NCBI GenBank assembly: GCA_937625935.1
Contig: OW569378.1
Coordinates: 124,001-188,000 of the forward strand
Length of the DNA: 64,000 nt
Origin: Tetramitus jugosus
Lineage: Eukaryota > Protista > Heterolobosea
Reading direction: 5' to 3'
Shown: piece by piece, positions 34,840 through 45,307 of the stretch
Position numbering within the stretch: the first letter of the stretch is position 1
How the letters are laid out: the number at the start of each line of letters is the position of its first letter
The notes under the pieces: generated by a model
Database searches by the model: none
What the model was told of the DNA's origin: nothing
What the model saw: the letters and a program-made list of their open reading frames with translations, nothing else
Position numbers and translations under genes: made by a program

Positions 34840-37653
34840 ATGGAACGTTCAAACAGCAAAAACAATAGCAAAATGACATCGACACGAGAGAGAACAACAA
34901 CGACATCCTGCACAGGTGAAGAAGATGATGGACCCTCTTCTCCATTCACTCCTCCACCACAGGCAGCCTCCAGAAACAATCCATCAGTTCATCATGCATT
35001 AAAGAATAAGAGTAACAAGGATTCTTCTTCGTCTGATGGCATGGTGACATCCTGTCTCTTGAATCCCAATATTATCAAGAATATTGCCGATCACTTCTCA
35101 ATTGATATTGCACATGAATTGGAGAATTATAGAGAGGAATTGGATCAATTGACCATTACATTCAATCATTTGAATAATAGAAATGTAGATAGTGACGAAC
35201 ATGAGGATGAGGATGAACATGATGGTATGAAGAACAGATCTGCTGCAGCATCTACAGCAGTCGGTCACGGTGGATTCGGTATTAATTTTGCACAAGCAGC
35301 TCTCATGATTCAAAATTCAACATGCGTCTACAGTAAGAAAGTAGAACTGTTGTATCACTTGGTGTACGATGTGTTGAATCATTTGAAGAGCAACAAATCT
35401 TCGGTGGCAACAGATGCCTCATCAACGACAACAAAAAGAAGAGGCAGGGACACTGGTGAAAACGAGATATTGGACAATGGTTTGAAGCCGTTGGATCAAT
35501 GGATAAGAGAACAAGCAGCCAATGATCATTTAATTACGTTTCATGATGACTATGCATCGATTAGTAGAGGTGAGGACGATGCTGAAACTGAGATTGATTT
35601 GAAGGTGAGAAGAAGGAGACAACAACTGAAACAAAGGCAGCAAAATTCATTAATTAATACCAACGTTAATTTATTCCTTCATTACAATATTCCAATGAAT
35701 ATTGCATACGAAGATGTTACGGCAATGAAATCTTCACTAGAAGACAACAAGACGAAACCTAAGCGTGATAAGGAAGACAATAATGACGATGGTGACGATC
35801 ACAAGAAGAGTAAGAAGCTGCTGTTGTCACAAAAACAAAACGGAGAAACGAATTTTAAGCTTAGTTCATGCATTGTTCACGATTCCTCTGGCTCTTTGCT
35901 GTTGCAGAGAGAAGATGAAATGTTGATGATGCACAAGCAACTTCAGCAGGTAAATCAAATGAAGAGAGTATCATTTGGACCACAGGTATTGCAGTTTGAT
36001 GAGGAAATGAATGGCGTAGATAGTGATGACGACGTAGATGATATGGTTGATGATCAGGGCGTGAATGATCAGAATGATGCTGAAACAGGATTTGGAGGTG
36101 ATGAACGCATGTTCAATGGAGATGATGGTGAGGTTGGTGGTTCAATTTATGGCGACCAACAGGGATCAGGAGTTGAGGATATGATGTTATCTGAGAAACA
36201 AGTGTATCGGGAGCTAGCAAGACAATCTAGCACGAACAATAATACGAATGGAGAAGAAGCAAGTGAAGAACCAAATGAGAGTGGCAATGTTGTCAACATG
36301 ACTCGGTTTGCTTCTTTTTTACAGGTGATCCACTCTGCAGTTGAAAATAACAATGATTACTCATGTATAGATAGTGAGGAGGTAAATGTATGGGAACCAC
36401 TGGACCCTCATGAAGAGAATCATTCAAAGAAACCATTCAAGTTGAGTATGTACTCATTGTTTAGACCGTTTTCTTTTCTGATTCTGGACTGACACTGTAC
36501 AGAACGCGATTTTAAACCACCTTCGGTACCAAAGTCAGATAAGTTTGATACATTTAAAAACAAAACAAAAAAGTTGGATGTTAGCTCTATATTATCAACG
36601 AGAGATCTCCAAAGACACTTGTTCAAACAACAAAGGCACACCCATCTATTTCCTCCATTTACCTATGAGCTAACACAATACTCTAAGTTGAATTTCAACC
36701 ATACTTATCACCCTGAACTTAACTTTGTTCTTCCTTTCGAACTGTCTAGGAAGAAGCGAAGTAAAGTTAATATAGACCAAGGTGGAGCCGATCTACTTGT
36801 TGGGAAAGAAACAATCGGAGCCAGTCCACAAAGAACGGAAGAAGAAGTAGAATCGACGTATGATGAACCGCAGAGTGGATATGTAATACAAGAGGATGAA
36901 ATAGATATGATCGATGATGAGGATCAGAATGAGATGGTTGATCAGATAGACCCAGATTCAAACTCAAACAGTGATGAGAAACGGAACTCTGACAACACAT
37001 CAACTACATCAGATGATGAACATAACTTTGGTGGAGACTTAGGATTTACAGACTTTGATGATATTGATCATAAAAACCAACAAACAACAATCGAACTTAG
37101 GGACTATAGTGCGAATCGAAAACGATCGGATCGCAAGTCAGTAAACTTCTTGGAGGAATCTGGCACTGATATTCTGCTCCAGGATGGATTCTTGTCCAAT
37201 GCTGTGCATTCATATGAAGAATTATGTAAAAAGCACTTGGAAAGATACATGAGAAGCACAGATAGACATGCTCTCGATTCCAGACGGATACAAAGAGTCA
37301 ACGATTGGCAAAGTAAGATTAATCCCGTTCTCAATTTGCAATCAAAGAGAAGCAAGTATGATATCTATGCATATGGAGAGGCTCTGATCAACCAACTTTC
37401 AAACACTGAACATAAGTCGACAACAGAAACCAAGACTCCAGTCAATTTTGCAAGAATAGCAGAGAAGAAGCCCACACACGAGGTATGCCGACTATTTCTT
37501 GCCACGTTACAACTGGCAAACATGGGCAATATCGAAATTCAAGGTGGTAGTACACTCGAACAATGTGATTCATTTGGAATCAAGCTGTTATCAGATGAAA
37601 TTGAGTATACGAACTTTGAGGGACTAACAAATCAACAACAGATGGAAGACTAG
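34840..37653 (+). CDS. NCAPH2: condensin II kleisin subunit CAP-H2; exons 34840-36445, 36503-37653
   Basis: DIAHELENY, INFAQAALMIQNSTCVYSKKVELLY, WEPLDPH, SYEELCKKH, EVCRLFLATLQLANMGNIEI. Intron 36446-36502. Confidence 0.92.
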
Positions 37654-37820
37654 TAGTACATAATTTATTATTCATTTCGTTGCTCTTTGTTCTCTTTGGA
37701 TGATATCACCACACGACGAATGAACATGCGTCCATCCCGTACTACAATCATCCGTACTTGTTCCAAAATCTATCGTTGTTATGGTTATTATTATGTGATC
37801 AACACTGATGTACAAAACCT

Positions 37821-39729
37821 TTAAGTTCTTCTTCTGTCTGAAGAATAGGATCCAGTTGAACTGTCACCACTGGCTGAGGGAGATGGATAATTGTTGCGAT
37901 CGTATCCAGACGAATAAGAAGAGCCACTTCTTCTCTCACTGTGATAGGAGGAGGAAGAAGATGGAGCACCACTATCACCACTGCCACCACCAGATGCATA
38001 CCCGTGATGTGGTTGATGATAGGAAGAGGACGGATGATGGTATCCACCACTGCCTCGGCTACTCCTGTGAGAATCAGCACCAGCGTAGTAATCAGCACCG
38101 GATGATGAAGAGTGACCACCTCCACCACCACCGTCACTACCACCATAATAGTGTCTTCGAGGAGCTCCATTTCTCGGTGGATAAGGTGCGTGATGATACC
38201 TTGATCCATAAGCAGGTCCAGGTGCATATGGACGTCCATGATGAGGTGGAGGTCCACCACCATAGTAATGATGAGGTGGTGGAGCACCATAGGGTGGATA
38301 ATGACCACCACCAGCACCGTGATGATGATGATAGTGCGAGGAGGATGGCAAGGGATAGCGCGTACCTGGTTTCTTCTGTCCCATGTACTGACCAGGTGTT
38401 GAATTTCTGGGCTTGCTTCTCTTGGCCATCTGTGCTGTGATGACAGTTCCATCCAATGATGTGCCATTCAATTGTTGAATAGCTTCTTGTGCCTCCTGTG
38501 CATTCGACATGGTAATAAACGCAAATCCTCTGTTAATCTTGGTTCTTGGTTCTCTGACAATGGTAACGTTGATGACTTTGCCTGCAGTGGCCACTCGTCT
38601 CTCCAATTCTGCCTCCACAGTCTGTATGGCCAATCCTTGAACGTACACTGTGTTGCCACCACCACCACCACCACCTACTTCTTCATCTGTCATCATCATT
38701 GTAGAATCATTGTTGAAATTGCTTGTGGTAGTAGTAGTAGTAGTAGGGGTAGTAGTTGTAGTAGTAGTGGGTGTAGGTGATGTTGTGTCCAGTTGAACAG
38801 AAGAAGCAAATGCTGTGTTTGATGCAACTGAAGAAGCAGCAGCAGCATTGTTGTTTGTTGTCAAATGAGCAGCAGCATCCACTGTACTGTGCTGCTGTTG
38901 TTGTTGTTGTTGTTGACCATGGGCAATAGTAGTGGTAGAGGCGTCATTGCCACTTACCATGGATGAAGAATTGTTGTAACCACCAGTGGATGATGATGAT
39001 GGTGCAGCAGCAGCAGCAGTATTGTTGGAAGACTGTGCCGCTTGATTGTTGTTATTGACTGATGCTGCTGTTGTAGTGGTTGCATTGGTAGAAAGTACAT
39101 TTTGATTATCTCTTTTTCCATAACGATCTATCTCATTGGATTACAAATAGAGAGTGTTAATAATAAACATCAGATCCCAAAAAAAAATAACGTCATTCAC
39201 ACAAAAAGTAGCCTGTCACATGTGTGCGTGCGTGCGTTGAAGAAACGTACCCTTGTGAATATCATCATCGTCATCGTCATCATAATCCTCCGAGTCACTT
39301 GTTGCATAGTCATGATGCATGGATGAACTCATGTTTCGGATCGGTGGAGCATTCACAACAGCAATATTGTTGTTCGTGTTGTTGCCACTCATCAATCGCT
39401 GTTGATCATCTTCACTTCTCACTTGCAACTCATTTGTGTTGTTGTTATTGTATTGCATGTTGGTGCTTTGTTGCTCTCTCGACTATTTGATGATGATGAT
39501 GAATAGAGAGATAAAATACAAGAGAGTTAATGTCAGAGTAGGAGAGAGAGAAAATGGACATGTTTTTTTGTGTATGAGTTGATGTTTGTGAATGGTGATG
39601 AATGCTGAATGAATTTTATGAATTTTGTGGTGTTTTTTTTTGTTGCACAATCAATAATAATAACACAGAGAGTGGTGGTGGTGGTGGTACCTATTGTTGG
39701 TTGTTGTTGTTGTGGTTGATGCTTACCAT
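37821..39729 (-). CDS. single-RRM Tra2/SR45a-like splicing regulator; exons 39729-39727 (ATG only), 39482-39251, 39127-37821
   Basis: NTVYVQGL, RGFAFITM, AKRSKPRNSTPGQYMG (Tra2-type post-RRM motif). Introns 39483-39726 (GTAAGC..TAG) and 39128-39250 (GTACGT..TAG) keep the frame. Confidence 0.82.
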
Positions 39730-39805
39730 TGGTGTTGATGTTGTTGATGATGCTGTTCGAGCAGAAGTTTTGTGGTTCGTTTGTTTTTTATTCGTGTGAG
39801 TATTT

Positions 39806-39826
39806 TTTTGGTGATCATCACCAAAA
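39806..39826. repeat. perfect 10-bp inverted repeat with 1-nt spacer
   Basis: TTTTGGTGAT-C-ATCACCAAAA. Confidence 0.85.
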
Positions 39827-40151
39827 GTCTCCCAACCGAATTATTGTCGAGTGAGTGTGGAATTGGCCTTAAGGTTCTTCTTCTTGTCCTTTGCGTTCGG
39901 ATTGTGTTGAATTCACTTGATCTGATCTCTTGATCATTCGTTATCAATGAGAGGAGGAACAAGGGAGAAAACGCTAGTCTCCTTTAAAGGACTAAACCAT
40001 CACCGTAGGGGAATATAGTCGCGCGTCACACATCCTCACAACACAAAGCGACAAAATGAAGAGACAACAAGTCTGCTACCTGCTCGGTTCCCTTTCTATT
40101 TTTTACAAGGCAATCAAAAAAGAAATAATTCTCACATCACGCGCATAGGCG

Positions 40152-41132
40152 ATGGCTACCACAAGTCACACAAGCAGCAGCAGCAACAACGGCACAAGCA
40201 ATAGCAGTCTCCATGTCGAAATCAAAGCTCTCAACATTTCTCTCGCAGCACACAACAACAAGTCTGACGATGAAGAAGAAAAGGATAGCCACTGCGGTAC
40301 CACGGATGACTTTGAGTCACCAACTTCGACGCCCAGTTCTCCCAAAACTTTCTACGTCAAGCACTCTGTTCTCTCAAAGATTGGCAAGTGGAACAAGTTG
40401 CAAAACTATGGACATACGGCATTGGGTGATGCAGTGATACCTCTCAAGACACCCATTGATCACAAGTATCTCGCAGGTACGCACTGGCCACGCTTCAGCA
40501 TTCATGATTTTGTGTTTGAACAGTGGAGAGACTATGGTCGATTGATTGGAATGATGATTGACTTGAGTAATCATGATTGTATTTATGATTATGAGACGAT
40601 TCATATTCCTACTACTACTGCCTGTGACACCGCAGAGGAAGCACCACCCAGTGTATTGAACAATAATTTTGAGAAGAAGAGTCACTTGGAGTACATGGGG
40701 CTCTCATATGTCAAGCATCGATGCATATCGAAAGAGTGTCCCGATTTGACCAATATTCGTGCCTTTATGAAAATTGTGTACGATTTCAAGCAACAGTACC
40801 CGAATCATTACATTGGTGTTCATTGTTCCTACGGCTTCAATCGAACAGGTTTTGTCCTGTGTTCTTTCCTGGCCGAATCTGGTGTCGGCGTAGATGATGC
40901 AGTTCGATTGTTTGCCGAGAGCAGGCAACCTGGTATCAAGCACAAGTGGTTTATCGAGGAGTTGAAGTTGAGATATGATGTTGAGAGGAGTCAAGCCTTG
41001 TCGGCTTTACCTGCTCAGCCAACGACATCCCAATCATCCTCGTCTTCAGAAGGGCCAATGACAACAGCAACGATAACAAAGTCAACAGAAGAGGAAGAAT
41101 CACTAGCTCACGATCAGGAAACATGCAAATAA
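40152..41132 (+). CDS. stand-alone cysteine-type RNA 5'-triphosphatase (DUSP11/PIR-1/capping-enzyme TPase-like)
   Basis: IPLKTPI, IGMMIDLSN, IGVHCSYGFNRTGFVLCSFL, FAESRQPGIKH..FIEELKLRY. Confidence 0.85.
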   Translation: MATTSHTSSSSNNGTSNSSLHVEIKALNISLAAHNNKSDDEEEKDSHCGTTDDFESPTSTPSSPKTFYVKHSVLSKIGKWNKLQNYGHTALGDAVIPLKTPIDHKYLAGTHWPRFSIHDFVFEQWRDYGRLIGMMIDLSNHDCIYDYETIHIPTTTACDTAEEAPPSVLNNNFEKKSHLEYMGLSYVKHRCISKECPDLTNIRAFMKIVYDFKQQYPNHYIGVHCSYGFNRTGFVLCSFLAESGVGVDDAVRLFAESRQPGIKHKWFIEELKLRYDVERSQALSALPAQPTTSQSSSSSEGPMTTATITKSTEEEESLAHDQETCK

Positions 41133-41184
41133 ATATGATATTATTATAGTAGGAGACATATTTGTATTCCCGGATGATATTGAC

Positions 41185-42540
41185 TTAGATTTGAGGAACA
41201 TTGTACTTGCGAACAACTCCGTCACGACCAGCAGTAAAAATTGTTCGATGATAGGATCTGACAGCGTTCAGTGGATCAAAGTCTGCACCGGTCAAATCAA
41301 ATGGTATTGTGTTGTCCGTAGCGTTCCACAGGAAACATGATCCATCTGCAGTTGTAATCCACACTGAGCTTGCTTCATGTTTACACATGGCTCGTATCGA
41401 TAGAGAAGACAATTGGAAAGGAGCAGGAGTGCTGTTCATGCGCAAGTCACATTTCAGAACAGATCCGTCATTCGATCCAGCGACCACCACATTTCCTTGC
41501 TGCAAAAACTGACAACAATGAAGAGCAGATGAATGCGTAAAGCTGAATAGAGTCTTTCTACATCGCACATCCACCACAGACAACGACCCATCGTCAGATG
41601 CAATTGCGGCAAGATAGAATTGTGTAGAGAAATCCTTGTTATTGACCGCTGGCGAATCACTACCCAGACTGTTATTCGTTGCAAGGGATACTTGATTGAT
41701 TCCTCCATGGACGCCATACTCATTGCTCTTTTCATACAGTTTTGTGATTGTAGATTGAGTAGCACAGTCCCACAATCGTACAGTACCATCTCTCGAACTA
41801 CTAACAAAATTTCTTCCTCGATCAATATAGTCTAGACTCGTGACACCAGATGTGTGTCCCTTGAGAGTCACTACACACGAAGAATCGGAACTCTCTTGTT
41901 CCAAATTCCAAATCTTGATTTGCATATCATCTGCTCCACTGATGGCCACCTTGTTACTAGGTAGCAACATGCAGCATGTAACATCTGACACATGACCTCT
42001 CAAATCTCTTCTCAATGTTCCTTCATTCGCATCCCAAACTCTCAATCTACCTTCTGTACTACCAATGATACCCATGGTTCCACCTCCACTCAAATCCATG
42101 CACAGAATCGCTCCACGATTAGAAAAGTGATCAAATTCAGAGATTGATGACACAAAATGTCTCACTATGGTCTCACTATTATGAGCAACGTCATCATTTG
42201 CTTCTTCATCTGTACTTTGAGATTTTCTTGTTGTGCATGTCAATGTCAACATCAACTCCTTATTCGCATGACTCGTACTACTACTACTATTGTCCTTATT
42301 AATGACGCAAGATGCGAGAACCGAAACGGGCAAAGGTTTATTCTCATCCTCACGATTGGCCAATGTGGTCAAAGTGAGAGATGATGATGATGAGTTGAGT
42401 GAGACTTGAATATAGAATTCGAGCAATGGGGCATTGCGTTCAGTTTTGACACTGACCCAGAACTTTTCTCTTGTTGATTGTTTGGAAAGAACAGAGGACA
42501 CCAACTCGTTCCAATTGCACTGCACATGAATGGATTGCAT
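41185..42540 (-). CDS. PAAF1: WD40 proteasome assembly chaperone PAAF1/Rpn14
   Basis: IHVQCNWNE..FWVS N-terminus; LRRDLRGHVSDV, ISGADDMQIKIW, IDRGRNFVSSSRDGTVRLWDC, DLTGADFDP. Confidence 0.85.
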   Translation of the reverse strand: MQSIHVQCNWNELVSSVLSKQSTREKFWVSVKTERNAPLLEFYIQVSLNSSSSSLTLTTLANREDENKPLPVSVLASCVINKDNSSSSTSHANKELMLTLTCTTRKSQSTDEEANDDVAHNSETIVRHFVSSISEFDHFSNRGAILCMDLSGGGTMGIIGSTEGRLRVWDANEGTLRRDLRGHVSDVTCCMLLPSNKVAISGADDMQIKIWNLEQESSDSSCVVTLKGHTSGVTSLDYIDRGRNFVSSSRDGTVRLWDCATQSTITKLYEKSNEYGVHGGINQVSLATNNSLGSDSPAVNNKDFSTQFYLAAIASDDGSLSVVDVRCRKTLFSFTHSSALHCCQFLQQGNVVVAGSNDGSVLKCDLRMNSTPAPFQLSSLSIRAMCKHEASSVWITTADGSCFLWNATDNTIPFDLTGADFDPLNAVRSYHRTIFTAGRDGVVRKYNVPQI

Positions 42541-42729
42541 TTTGTGTGTTTTGTTGCTGTTGATCTGAGAAGTTGGAATTGAATTTCTATTTTTAAACTT
42601 TTTCCATTCAACTCGGCACAGTTCAAGGGAGCAGCCAGCGGTCGTAACCAAAGAAAAAGTCGACAACTAGCGAAGATTGGAAGATGTAAATTTGAAGCTT
42701 AAAGTCGATAAATAAATAAAATTACTTGT

Positions 42730-45121
42730 TTACTTATCTGCTGGTTTGGATGCCTTCAGTTCAACAATTCTGTTGAAAACCAAGTGATCATTGGTTGTGT
42801 CTTGGTCAACAGTGAAGTAGCCAAGACGTTCGAATTGATACTTGGAATACACATTTCTCAATTCAGGTTGCAATGCGAAAATATTGTCGACATAGGCATT
42901 GGCCATCACAATCTCAGAATTCTTGTTGGCTAAGTTGATCCATTCATCTCCAGCCTTCTCGGCATCTTCTGTGAAGAGCTTGTCGTACAATCTCACTTCA
43001 CATGACAAAGGTTCCTTACCAGGCTCTGGCTGAGCAATCCAGTGGATATGTCCCTTTGGCTTATTCTTCTTTTCCAAATCAACTGTTGCCCTTAACTCAA
43101 CAATCTTACCATTCTGGTCCTTGACAACATCTGTGCATGTAATGTTGTAGGCGTACTTGAGACCAACCTCCTTGTTTGGTGCTAATCCAAAGTACGATTT
43201 GGAATCAACTTCACGGAAATCAGATCTCTCAATGTACAAGACTTTGGAGAATGGCATCTCTCTGAAACCTCTTTCCTTGTTGATAGGATGGTTTGGTGCC
43301 TTGACATACTCAACCTTGTCTGCTGGGTAGTTTGTGATCACAACCTTCAATGGTTCAAGAACGCAGAATGCTCTGTTGCATCTCACATCTAAATCTTGTC
43401 TGAGAGACTCTTCCAATCTCTCGATAGGGATGACATTTTGTGTTCTCGTCACACCAATGTCGTCACAGAAGGACTTGATGGCTTCAGGGGTGTATCCTCT
43501 TCTTCTCAATCCAGCTAGGGTGAGGACTCTAGGGTCGTCCCATCCTCTGATAACACCTTCCTTCACCAACTTGAGAATCTTTCTCTTGGACAAGAGGGCT
43601 GTTGTCACATTCAATCTACTGAATTCATAGACATGAGGTCTGTAAATGTCTAATGCTTGCAACAACCAGTAATAAGAATCTCTTCTAATTTCGAATTCCA
43701 ATGAGCACAATGAATGCGTAATGAACTCCAAAGAATCAACAATACAGTGACTGTAGTCATAAGATGGGTAGATGCACCACTTGTCACCAGTTTGAGGGTG
43801 AGCACTATACTTGATTCTATAGGCAATGAAATCTCTCATGTTAGGGTTATTGCTTTGCATGTCAATCTTAACTCTGAGAACAGCCTTTCCTTCCTCGAAT
43901 TTGCCCTTTTTCATGTCCTCGAACAGTTTCAAGTTCTCTTCGACTGATGTATCTCTGTAAGGACTATTGATTCTCTCGTCTCTCTGTCTCTTAATTTCCT
44001 CCTTTGACTGCAAATCAACATAGGCTCTTCCTTCCTTGATCAATTGAATTGCAAAGTCGTACATTTCTTGGAAGTAGTCAGATGTGTGAGTAATCTTCCA
44101 TGGCTTGAATCCCAACCATTCAACCATCTCCTTGATGGAGTCAAAGAAGATTCTCTCTTCTTTTTCAGGATTTGTGTCATCATAACGCAAAATAGTGTGA
44201 CCATTTTGCTCCTGTGCATAACCAAAACTCAAGTTCATGGCCTTAGCGTGACCAATGTGCAAGAAACCGTTAGGCTCAGGAGGGAATCTGGTCATAACTA
44301 CACCACCAGTTGCCTTCTTGTACAAGTCGAGCAATCTCTCAGAATTCTTTGCACTCTCCAATTCACGAGCCTCAAACTTTCGTTCCTTCTTTGGTTCTTC
44401 CTCCTTCTTTACTTCAGTGGCAGCAGCCTTGTTGGCAGCAGGTGCCTTTGGCTTCTTCTTCTCCTGCTTCTCACGCAACTCATCTTCAGCAGTCTTTGGT
44501 CCCCACAGTGCCAACAATTGTTCATCCAATTCCTTCTTGACAATTTGACCATCGGCCCACTTGAGTCCCTTCTCAGCACGCACCTTGCCCAACAATTGAC
44601 CAACCTTTGTCAAATATCGATCAGCAACCAATTGAGCTTCCATCTTCTTAATGAATTCACCCACTTGTTTCTTAATGTCATCAGCAGAGACATCGACACC
44701 AACACCACACTCGTCTTCAAACTTTGCAGTGTCAATCTGTGCATTCTTCTTTGCATACTTGATGGCAGCATCCACCTGTTGAGTGTTCTTCAATTTCTTT
44801 TGAGCAACATAGGTTGCAACAAATGCTCTATTGTTTTGAGCTGGGAGATTGGATGCAACGAGAACGAGCAGAGCACCAATGGAGCTCGACACGGTTTCAT
44901 CGTCCTTGATTCCAGACTAGGAATTGATAGAATCATAGGAGAGTAAATATTGGTAATTTCACACATATAAAAATATGATCACACAAAGTATGAATGAAAA
45001 AAAAACGAACCTCTTTGATCACTTGGAGAATATTTTCAGTGAGTCCCTTGTTCTTTAGGTAGTTGGTTCGGTTGAATTCGTCGATACCAATTCGTTTCAG
45101 TTCATTGTCTGGTGAACTCAT
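42730..45121 (-). CDS. QARS: glutaminyl-tRNA synthetase; exons 45121-45011, 44916-42730
   Basis: TRFPPEPNGFLHIGHAKA, YDDTNPEKE, THSLCSLEF, LSKRK, QFERLGYF; eukaryotic N-terminal extension. Intron 44917-45010. Confidence 0.97.
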
Positions 45122-45307
45122 TGTTGTATGGTCGGTTTGATGTGTGGTTGTTGTTTTTTTGTTTTTGTTGTGTGAGATTTTTTTTCTGTGCTTGCAATCT
45201 TACAAAATCGACTGGAGGGGTTTTTCTCGAATTTCCACTCGGGTGCCGACTTCAAAAGAAGGTTCGATTTGGAGGGAGCACCATCCAACCTGCGCGAAAA
45301 CGAAAAA

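Noticed and set aside
37799-38467. Overlapping 210-222 aa ORFs in alternative frames of the RRM gene tail
   Set aside because: Produced by GGT/CAT/CCA repeats that lack stop codons; no domain signal.
39900-40020. Minus-strand resemblance to U3 (GACTATA.., TAGCGTTTTCTCC) and U2 (AGATCAAGTG) fragments
   Set aside because: U3 box A and terminal box D, and the U2 branch-pairing GTAGTA, are absent; kept only as an unassigned structured element.
44044-44946. 300-aa ORF antisense to GlnRS
   Set aside because: Typical of strongly biased codon usage in a highly expressed gene; no recognisable motifs.
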